Below, in pieces: positions 16,416 to 23,234 of a DNA stretch of 24,000 nucleotides. Both the position numbers and the translations under genes were made by a program. Each line of letters starts with the position of its first letter. The first letter of the stretch is position 1. The DNA comes from Jatrophihabitantaceae bacterium (GTDB lineage Bacteria > Actinomycetota > Actinomycetes > Mycobacteriales > Jatrophihabitantaceae), in NCBI GenBank assembly GCA_036506155.1, contig DASXSF010000014.1:2415-26414 (forward strand), read 5' to 3'. Below the pieces are notes generated by a model. That model ran no database searches. It was not told the origin of the DNA and saw only the letters and a list, made by a program, of their open reading frames with translations.

Positions 16416-16868
16416 CTAACGCTGATAGGTGCCGATTAGGCGTGCCTCGGCAAGCACATGACCGTCGGTGGCGGCGGCGACGTCGGCGTAGGACGGCAAT
16501 GCACCGAGCCGTATCACGTGATCGACTGCGAGGAGGCGGAACACGTAGCGATGCGCCCGGTCGCCGTGCGGCGGCGCGGGGCCGAGATATCCGGCCGTGC
16601 CGAACCCGTTCACGCCGCTCGAGGCTTCGGGTGGGATTTCACCTTTGGCCAAGCCTCGCCGGGTCGGGTCCAGACCGAACATCACCCAGTGCACGTAGCT
16701 TCCCCGCACTGGCGCGTCCGGGTCGTCGACGAGCAGGACCAACTCCACCGCCTGGTCGGGCACCCCGTCCCACGACAGCGGTGGGGACATGTCGCCGCGG
16801 TCGTGGCAATACGCCCGCGGGATCGGCGCGCCATCCTCGAAGGCTGAACTGTGCAATGCGAACCCCAT
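16416..16868 (-). CDS. YbhB/YbcL family Raf-kinase-inhibitor-like (PEBP) protein, 150 aa
   Basis: MGFALHSSAFEDGAPIPRAY...SPPLSWDGVPDQAVELVLLVDDPDAP...YVHWVMFGL...GYLGPAPPHGDRAHRYVFRLLAVD is the classic bacterial PEBP pattern. Start taken at ATG 16868, 19 codons inside the ORF. Confidence 0.88.
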   Translation of the reverse strand: MGFALHSSAFEDGAPIPRAYCHDRGDMSPPLSWDGVPDQAVELVLLVDDPDAPVRGSYVHWVMFGLDPTRRGLAKGEIPPEASSGVNGFGTAGYLGPAPPHGDRAHRYVFRLLAVDHVIRLGALPSYADVAAATDGHVLAEARLIGTYQR

Positions 16869-17014
16869 GCGGTAACCATGTGCCCGGCGGTACCCGTCCC
16901 GCAATGACGACCGCACTGAATGCAAAAATGCCGACGCCGGTCCACGCCGCAGGAGGTCAGCCGATCCGGCGCGGACGTGCTCATACTGGAGGCCACGATC
17001 CCAGGGAGCGAGCC

Positions 17015-17215
17015 GTGAGTGACCAACAGGCGGACGGCTACCCGAGTCGCCAATCCGGCCCGGACCTTGAATACGACCTCGCGCACGAGGAGACCAGCCG
17101 CTCCGGAAATACCGGCCCCGAACCTGTACAGCAGCGGATCAGCGTGGCCACCGGCACTCCCGACGACGACGGCGACCTCTCCTACGACCTAGCGCACGAC
17201 GTGCCCGGCCGTTGA
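17015..17215 (+). CDS. Small acidic protein (66 aa) with duplicated D-L-x-Y-D-L-A-H-[ED] motif
   Basis: GTG 17015 is preceded by GGGAG at -13 to -9. GC3 is about 79%. The sequence is VSDQQADGYPSRQSGPDLEYDLAHEETSRSGNTGPEPVQQRISVATGTPDDDGDLSYDLAHDVPGR. The rest of ORF 16442..17215 is antisense to the PEBP gene and is not coding. Confidence 0.5.
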   Translation: MSDQQADGYPSRQSGPDLEYDLAHEETSRSGNTGPEPVQQRISVATGTPDDDGDLSYDLAHDVPGR

Positions 17216-17235
17216 CGTCATGCCGCTCGACCTGA

Positions 17236-17856
17236 TCAGGTGCCCGCCCGGGCTTGTCGCGCGATTCGGCGTGCCTGCCGCAGCGGAAAAGGGGTCCGCA
17301 TTCGGCCCGTGCACGCCATGACGACGGTGAGGGCGGTGTTGGGGTCGGTTCGCCAAGCGGCGTGCACCGCGATCGGCCGGGTGCCGGCGCGGGACCGCAG
17401 CCAGAAACCAACGGTCTCGCCGTCGAGCAGCAGCGGCGCGGCGGCGCCCGTCGTGTCCTCAGGCCAGGCGCCGTCGGCAACCAGTGCCCGGTTGGTGACG
17501 CCCACGGTGGGTTGTTCGAGCACCGCGCCCAGGTGCAGGGCAAGCCCGGCGCGCCGTGGGTGGTCGCGACCGGTCGCGTCGACGAGCAGCACGTCCCAGG
17601 AGCGCGCCAGGCGGCCGACCGCCTCGCAGAGCAGCGGCCCGATTCGCAGCCCGAGAAGGCCTGGGATGTAGCCGGCGGCGGCTGCCCCGTACACCACCGC
17701 GTGCTCGATGATCCGCTGCCCGCGCATCATGAGCGCGGCCGCCCACGCCGGATCACCCGCCGCACCCGGGCCCGAGGCGTCGCGTGCGAAGCACACCCAC
17801 GCCGAGGCAATGCGCAGCGCAGCGACGTCGCACGGACGCCAGTGCGCCGGATCCAT
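17236..17856 (-). CDS. nfi: Endonuclease V (Nfi) family homolog with substituted catalytic residues, 206 aa from ATG 17856
   Basis: GYIPGLLGLRIGPLL...DVLLVDATGRDHPRRAGLALHLGAVLEQPTVGVTNRAL...RPIAVHAAW aligns with E. coli PYIPGFLSFREYP...[21 protein letters not shown]...PTIGVAKKRL...GH. AGGA lies 10-13 nt upstream of ATG 17856. The ORF extension to 18168 is not family-like. Confidence 0.8.
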   Translation of the reverse strand: MDPAHWRPCDVAALRIASAWVCFARDASGPGAAGDPAWAAALMMRGQRIIEHAVVYGAAAAGYIPGLLGLRIGPLLCEAVGRLARSWDVLLVDATGRDHPRRAGLALHLGAVLEQPTVGVTNRALVADGAWPEDTTGAAAPLLLDGETVGFWLRSRAGTRPIAVHAAWRTDPNTALTVVMACTGRMRTPFPLRQARRIARQARAGT

Positions 17857-18290
17857 GCCGCCGATCCTGACTTGGCTCAAGATCACGGGGACTACTGAAG
17901 GAGGTCCCGTGTTCCGGCGGTTGTAGCCGTATGGGCGACCTGGATTTGCGCACACTAACCGTGGTTCGTCTGCGTCCGTGGCGTACGTGCGCACGGTCCG
18001 GACTGGCGTCCGGGGCAACGCATACGGTCTACGAGCGAGGTTCTCCGCTGCGCGATCGCTGAGTGGCACGGACCGGCGACCCTTGCGGACTGCCTCGGAC
18101 GGTTCAACGATCGGCACCGTAGCTGCCGGTGAAGTGCCGGTCATCTGCCTGGACCAGCTCGTGGCCATGGTCCAACGTTCGTTGAGAGTCGTGGTCCGGG
18201 CGAGTCGGGGATTTCCGGTGGATTCGCGCCAAGAGGCGACCAGGAAAGATCAGAAACTCAGGGATCATTGGAGCGCAGAGAGGGCGACCG

Positions 18291-18875
18291 ATGACAACCG
18301 TTATCTGGCACGTGACGATGTCGTTGGACGGCTTCATTGCGGGGCCGGATGACTCGATGGACTGGGTGGTTGCCCAGTGGAGCGATGGTGGTGAGAACAC
18401 CCGCGACATCGAGGTGCAGAAGAGCACTGTCGCGGACGATGTGCTGCAGAATGCGGGAGCGATTCTCGGCGGTCGCCGCTGGTACGACGTCGCGGTTCGC
18501 AAGTTCGACGGTTACGACGGGATCTATGGGGGTCAGTGGACGGGCCCGGTGTTCGTGCTCTCGCACCAGCCGCCCGATGCTGATCATCATGCCGCGATCA
18601 CCTTCCTTTCGGGGGATCTGGTCGATGCTGTCGCGACGGCCACGAATGCAGCAGCTGGCAAGGACGTCGTTGTCTTTGGGGCCAACCTTGCGGTGCAGTG
18701 CCTTCGTGCTGGCCTGCTCGATGAGATTGTGATCCACCTGGTGCCGGTCTTGCTGGGCGGCGGCGTCCGGCTCATCGACACGCTGGACTTCGGCCCGGTC
18801 GCACTCGAACGTACCGTCGTTGCGAGCTCTGGCCAGGTCACCGACCTGCGGTTCACGGTCCGGCGCAGCGACTAG
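18291..18875 (+). CDS. Dihydrofolate reductase family protein (RibD C-terminal domain-like), 194 aa
   Basis: MTTVIWHVTMSLDGFIAGPDDSMDW...ILGGRRWYD...VFVLSH...VVVFGANLAVQCLRAGLLDEIVIHLVPVLLGGGVRL fits the family. GAGAGGG Shine-Dalgarno sequence lies 6-7 nt upstream of the ATG. Confidence 0.88.
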   Translation: MTTVIWHVTMSLDGFIAGPDDSMDWVVAQWSDGGENTRDIEVQKSTVADDVLQNAGAILGGRRWYDVAVRKFDGYDGIYGGQWTGPVFVLSHQPPDADHHAAITFLSGDLVDAVATATNAAAGKDVVVFGANLAVQCLRAGLLDEIVIHLVPVLLGGGVRLIDTLDFGPVALERTVVASSGQVTDLRFTVRRSD

Positions 18876-19264
18876 CGGCCGTCTGGGGCCGCCAGGGTCG
18901 AGCTTCTACGATCTGCGCGCACAGCTCAGGCATGCCCTTCCTAGCTGCTCTGACTTGGGCAGCGATCAACTCCTCGGCCGTCTCCGGCCATCGCTGCGAA
19001 CTGCCCACATCCACCTCGCCGGCCAGAGCGGCTGACAGGTCAATCCTGCGACGGTGCCGGGCAGCACGTCCGCACGGACAGGAGCAGCTTCTGGCGCATC
19101 TGACGCGGCGCGGCGGTAGGGGCCGAGATCGAATACGTCGAGCGGGACGCATGGACCGTACCGGCTGCAGAACGTGCCCGCCACCGGTGCAGCCACACTC
19201 CGCAGGCTTTTCAAAGGCAAACGTCAATCTCGAGTCCTCTTCCGGTGCTGATCTTCGACGAGTC

Positions 19265-19999
19265 CTACACGCTGATCTGCCCCGACACCGTGGCCGCCGC
19301 CTTGGTCGCACTCGGCGAGCCGGTCGCGGCCGCCAGACCACCTTGAGCGGGACGGCGCCGCCGCTCTGGGGTCCGCAAGGTGCTGCAGTCCCCGATTGCC
19401 CCGAGCAGCAGGTCGCGCAGCAGCGAGTCCGGGTTGGGTATGCAGGCGCGGGCGATGCCCTGCACGGCATAGCGGACGGTGGTAGGCGCCGCATGCCGAC
19501 GGAATGCCCTTTGCGACATGTGGAGATTGCGCGTGTACCGGGTTGCCCAGGTGGCGGCCGCAGGAGCGGCGGCGAGTGCGTCACCACTCTCCTGGCTCAG
19601 CGGCGCACCGGGACAGCCGTCCACCTCGGCCCGCAACCGCTCGCACGTCAGGACGGCGACAGCCATGATCTGCTGCCGCTCTGCCGCCGCGACGGGCAGC
19701 GCGGTCCGTGCGGCCCGCAGCGAGATGGCAAGGTCGATGCGCAGATCCTCCCCGGTTAAACCAATCATGTCGGGAACGAGTGCAACCAGTGCCTGTCGAG
19801 CCTCATCAGAGCTGAAGTCGTTGACCTGCCGCGCGAGCTCGCCGAGCAGTGGGTGCGTGCACGCCGGATGGTCGCTCCACTTCTCGCCAGCCAGATAGGA
19901 CGCATACTCCATGACGCATGCACCGTTGCGGGGTCTGCGGTGCTTTCCCCGAGACAGCAGCGGAAGAAACTCCGTCGAACGACCACGCTCCGTCGACAT
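19265..19999 (-). CDS. Conserved hypothetical protein (244 aa), function unknown
   Basis: A protein-like, non-repetitive sequence with the N-terminal block EFLPLLSRGKHRRPRNGACVMEYASYLAGEKWSDHPACTHPLLGELARQVND. GGGGTGA lies 6 nt upstream of ATG 19999. An alternative GTG start is at 20008. Confidence 0.7.
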   Translation of the reverse strand: MSTERGRSTEFLPLLSRGKHRRPRNGACVMEYASYLAGEKWSDHPACTHPLLGELARQVNDFSSDEARQALVALVPDMIGLTGEDLRIDLAISLRAARTALPVAAAERQQIMAVAVLTCERLRAEVDGCPGAPLSQESGDALAAAPAAATWATRYTRNLHMSQRAFRRHAAPTTVRYAVQGIARACIPNPDSLLRDLLLGAIGDCSTLRTPERRRRPAQGGLAAATGSPSATKAAATVSGQISV

Positions 20000-20311
20000 G
20001 CCAATCACCCCAATTTTCGCGAGCGCTACCTACGAGTCTGCACCCGACTCCCGTGTGCACGATCAACCGTCCCTGGTTCGAAGCGTTGGCCCGAGACCCG
20101 GCATGCGCGTTTTCCTCGCCAGCGTCACAGCGCTGAGTGACCAGCTTCTCTCGCAGCTCGCCCAGGTTGACCACCGCGACCACGAGGCCCTCACGGCAGC
20201 CGGCATCCACTGCCTGATAGGGCTCTCTCGCGTCGAACGACGCCATCCTGCGGCTGCTGGGCCGACTCGGCCCGATGACAACCAGCCCGCCCGCGGCCGG
20301 CGTGGTCGAGG

Positions 20312-20425
20312 TACGGATCGGCCTAAGACCGGCGCGCGCAACTGCCGAAACGCCCGTCGGCTGACGCCGTGTTCGTCGCGTGGGCGCTCGATGTTCTGTT
20401 CGATGAACGTGCCGGTCAGAGTCGC
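20312..20425 (-). pseudogene. AraC/XylS-family HTH fragment (about 38 aa, no start, no ligand-binding domain)
   Basis: The minus strand reads (stop)-PATLTGTFIEQNIERPRDEHGVSRRAFRQLRAPVLGRSV. This resembles the first HTH of AraC regulators (FIExNL...GxSxRxLxRLFxxxxGxS). The frame is closed by TAA just upstream and loses sense downstream. Confidence 0.3.
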
Positions 20426-20442
20426 CGGTTACGGTAAATGCT

Positions 20443-21753
20443 GTGCCGGCGCGGTGGAGCGTTGATCAGGTGCTGGCGCTTGCGCCGGACGCTGCGTCGG
20501 CGGCTGCGGCCAGGAAGGTGGCTGCGGCGGTCGTGTGGATGGGCGCTGGTTGCGTGAGCGGACTCGTCTGGGGCCGCTATGTCGGTTCCGGAACGTTGCG
20601 TTACGAGACGGTGGTTGAGCCGGGCGTTCCGGCCTACGGGTGTTCCTGTCCGTCGCGGAAGTTCCCGTGCAAGCACGCGCTGGGGTTGCTGCTGCTCTGG
20701 TCCAGTGGCGACGTGCCGGACGCCGACGAGCCGGCCGACTATGCCGTCGCTTGGCAGCAGGCTCGGGCGGAACGAGCAGCGGCGACGGCTGCGCGACCGA
20801 GAGGCGAGCGGGACGAGGAGGCGGCGGCCAGGCGCGCCGCGCGGCGTCGTGAGCGCGTAACGGTCGGTCTGGCCGAGCTGGAACTGTGGCTCTGCGACCA
20901 GGTTCGGAGCGGACTGTCAGGGGTGTCCGGCACCTACTGGCACGCCGAGCCGGCGGCCGCCCGGATGGTGGACGCCCAGGCTCCGGGTGTGGCGGCGACG
21001 CTGCGGCGACTCAGCGCGGTACCGGCGTCGGGCGAGGGCTGGCCGCAGCGCCTCCTCGCTGGCTATGCGCGTGTTCATCTGCTCGCTCGGGCGCACACGC
21101 AACTCGACACGCTGCCGCCCGACCTCGCGGCGACGGTCCGCAACTACGTCGGCTATTCGGTCAGCCGGGAAGCGGTTCTAGCCGAGCCGGCAGTGCGAGA
21201 TCAGTGGCTTGTCGTCAGCGTCCGAGACATTGCGGACGCGGCTATTCCGGCTCGCCGCACGTATCTGCGCGGCGACAAGACTGGCCGGTGGGCGCTCGTC
21301 CTCGCGTTCGACCCGCAAGGCCAGTTCGGCGGCGACCTCGACGCCGCGTTCGAGGCCGGGACGGCGCTGGATGCCGAGCTGCACTACTACCCCGGCCGTC
21401 CGCCGTTGCGGGTTGCGGTCGGGGCTCGGCACGGCGAACCGGTTGCCGGTCCGCCGCCGCAGCCGCGGCGCCGCCTCAGCGAACTGTTCGACGAGTGGGC
21501 CACCGTGCTGGCCCTCGACCCGTGGCTTCCGGAGTGGCCGACGGTGCTGTGCGGTGTCCCGGTGCCCTGTGAACCGAGGTGGCGATTCGCCGACGAGACC
21601 GGAGCATCGGTGCCGCTGCAGACCGGTGGCATCGACCCATGGATCCTCGCGGCCGTCTCAGGGGGCGCCCCGGTCACCGCCGCGGGCGAATGGTCGGCCG
21701 ACGGATTCCGCCCATCGACGGTGTGGCACCGCGAAACGGCGGTGCCGCTGTGA
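20443..21753 (+). CDS. SWIM zinc finger family protein, 436 aa
   Basis: N-terminus is ARWSVDQVLALAPDAASAAAARKVA. The SWIM motif is YGCSCPSRKFPCKHALGLLLLW (CxCx6CxH). The stop overlaps the next gene's GTG (GTGA 21750-21753). Confidence 0.88.
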   Translation: MPARWSVDQVLALAPDAASAAAARKVAAAVVWMGAGCVSGLVWGRYVGSGTLRYETVVEPGVPAYGCSCPSRKFPCKHALGLLLLWSSGDVPDADEPADYAVAWQQARAERAAATAARPRGERDEEAAARRAARRRERVTVGLAELELWLCDQVRSGLSGVSGTYWHAEPAAARMVDAQAPGVAATLRRLSAVPASGEGWPQRLLAGYARVHLLARAHTQLDTLPPDLAATVRNYVGYSVSREAVLAEPAVRDQWLVVSVRDIADAAIPARRTYLRGDKTGRWALVLAFDPQGQFGGDLDAAFEAGTALDAELHYYPGRPPLRVAVGARHGEPVAGPPPQPRRRLSELFDEWATVLALDPWLPEWPTVLCGVPVPCEPRWRFADETGASVPLQTGGIDPWILAAVSGGAPVTAAGEWSADGFRPSTVWHRETAVPL

Positions 21754-23234
21754 CCACCTACGACGAACTCGTGGCGGCCGCGACGGTCGGCATCGCCCAG
21801 CGTCCGCTATCGGTCACTCGGCTGCCGCAGCCGGCGGGCGAGCACAGCACCGTCTTCGACGCGGACCCGGCGATGTGCCTGCTCGACGCGGTCGCGCTAC
21901 TCGACGCGGCCCAGCGCGCCGGTCGGCTTTTCGCTACGCCGATCCCGCGCCCGGCTCCGGCGCCTTCTGACGGCGTCCCCGAGTTGCCACCCCTCGCCAG
22001 TCTCATCGTCGCGGACCTGTTGCGGACCGGGCCGGCTGAGCTGCTGGCTGACCTTCTCAGCGCCGCAGCACACGCCGGCTTCCGTGCGCCACCCGCTCTC
22101 CTGCCGACGCTGCTGTCTGCCGCCGCCACGAACTCCGCACTTCGCGACGGCGTCGCGGCCACGCTGGGCGAACGAGGACGCTGGCTCGCTGCGCATCAGC
22201 CGGAGTGGCTCCGCGTCGTCGACTCCGGCGTCGTGCCAGTGGCCGACGATGCCTGGGAGACCGGGCGGTTCGCAGAACGGCGCAGCTGGCTCGCCCAACT
22301 CCGGCGGCGCGATCCTGATGCCGCGCGCGGGCTGCTCGCTGAGGGGTGGATGCGCGAGACGGGTGAGGATCGTGCCGAGCTGATCACGGTTCTCGCTGAC
22401 AGACTTTCCGCAGCGGACGAGTCGTTCCTCGAGGCGGCCCTGGACGACCGGATGGCTGAAGTTCGGCGGCGCGCGGCACGGCTGCTCCAGTTGCTGCCCG
22501 GCTCGGCGTACCAGGCGCGGGCGCGCGTACGCGCCGCAGAAGTCCTGCATCGCGAACGGCGCGGCGTCCGCCGTCGACTCGTCGTCACGCTGCCGGACGA
22601 GCTTGACGAGTCGGCACGGCGCGACGGCTTGCACGTGCGCCCCCACACGCCACGAACCGGCGTGAAGACCTGGCTGCTGATGCAGATCGTCGCTGCGGCA
22701 CCGCTGGAGCTGTGGACCGAGATCCTCGGCGCCGCCCCGCGCGACATCGTCGCCCTGCCGATCGCGGACGGCTTCGCGCCGGACGTGCACGCTGCCTGGC
22801 GGCGCGCCGCCGTGCGCCAGCGCAACGCCGAGTGGGCCCGCGCGCTCCTGGACATGAGTGAGCACGGGCCGTCCGACGCCGAGCTCGCCGCCGTGCTGCC
22901 GCACACCGAGCGCCAGGCGCGCGTGGTGGCTCTCCTCCAGCGGAGCGCCGAGGCCGTCCGGCTACCGGCCGAGGTGCAGTCCTGCCCACCGCCCTGGGCT
23001 CCGCAGCTTGCGGAGGCCGTCCTCGCCTATCTCGAGCGTGAGCTGCGCGGTGGTCGATCCGTCCCGACCGGTGCCCTGCTGGCCACGGTTGCGCGTGCAC
23101 TCCCGACCGACCACGCGGCGCCGCTTTGCCGACTCGCCGAGGAAGCACCGCTTACCACCGGCTGGCTGCGTGCGCTGCGACGGACAGCGGACATCATCGA
23201 ACTGCGCCGCCGATTCCACGAGGAGCTGCAGTGA
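21750..23234 (+). CDS. DUF5691-like Ala/Leu/Arg-rich helical protein, 494 aa
   Basis: GTG 21750 gives VTTYDELVAAATVGIAQRPL. The ORF-track start at 21579 lies inside the SWIM gene. It is coupled at both ends by GTGA overlaps. The family assignment comes from my recollection of the conserved SWIM-DUF5691-AAA gene order and was not tested. Confidence 0.75.
   Translation: MTTYDELVAAATVGIAQRPLSVTRLPQPAGEHSTVFDADPAMCLLDAVALLDAAQRAGRLFATPIPRPAPAPSDGVPELPPLASLIVADLLRTGPAELLADLLSAAAHAGFRAPPALLPTLLSAAATNSALRDGVAATLGERGRWLAAHQPEWLRVVDSGVVPVADDAWETGRFAERRSWLAQLRRRDPDAARGLLAEGWMRETGEDRAELITVLADRLSAADESFLEAALDDRMAEVRRRAARLLQLLPGSAYQARARVRAAEVLHRERRGVRRRLVVTLPDELDESARRDGLHVRPHTPRTGVKTWLLMQIVAAAPLELWTEILGAAPRDIVALPIADGFAPDVHAAWRRAAVRQRNAEWARALLDMSEHGPSDAELAAVLPHTERQARVVALLQRSAEAVRLPAEVQSCPPPWAPQLAEAVLAYLERELRGGRSVPTGALLATVARALPTDHAAPLCRLAEEAPLTTGWLRALRRTADIIELRRRFHEELQ

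Noticed and set aside
18876-19264. ORFs 18853..19587 (-, tail part) and 18966..19220 (-) as a gene or frameshifted gene between the DHFR-like gene and the conserved hypothetical
   Set aside because: GC3 is only about 68-69% in both frames, the sequences are not recognisable, and one ORF overlaps the DHFR-like gene end. This may be non-coding or a degraded remnant, and I could not support a call.
19806-20465. Mutually antisense ORFs 19806..20246 (-) and 19911..20465 (+) as real genes
   Set aside because: Codon-position GC does not discriminate between them. Both overlap the well-supported flanking genes, and neither has recognisable motifs. Only the short AraC-like fragment was retained, at low confidence.
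2028-21749. Upstream extensions of ORF-track starts (recB 2028, recD 5129, antitoxin 15361, toxin 15942, PEBP 16925, nfi 18168, YdeI 12726, DUF5691 21579)
   Set aside because: In each case the extension overlaps the preceding gene or is not family-like. A start codon with a GTGA/ATGA overlap or a Shine-Dalgarno sequence sits where homologs begin, so I used the shorter coordinates.
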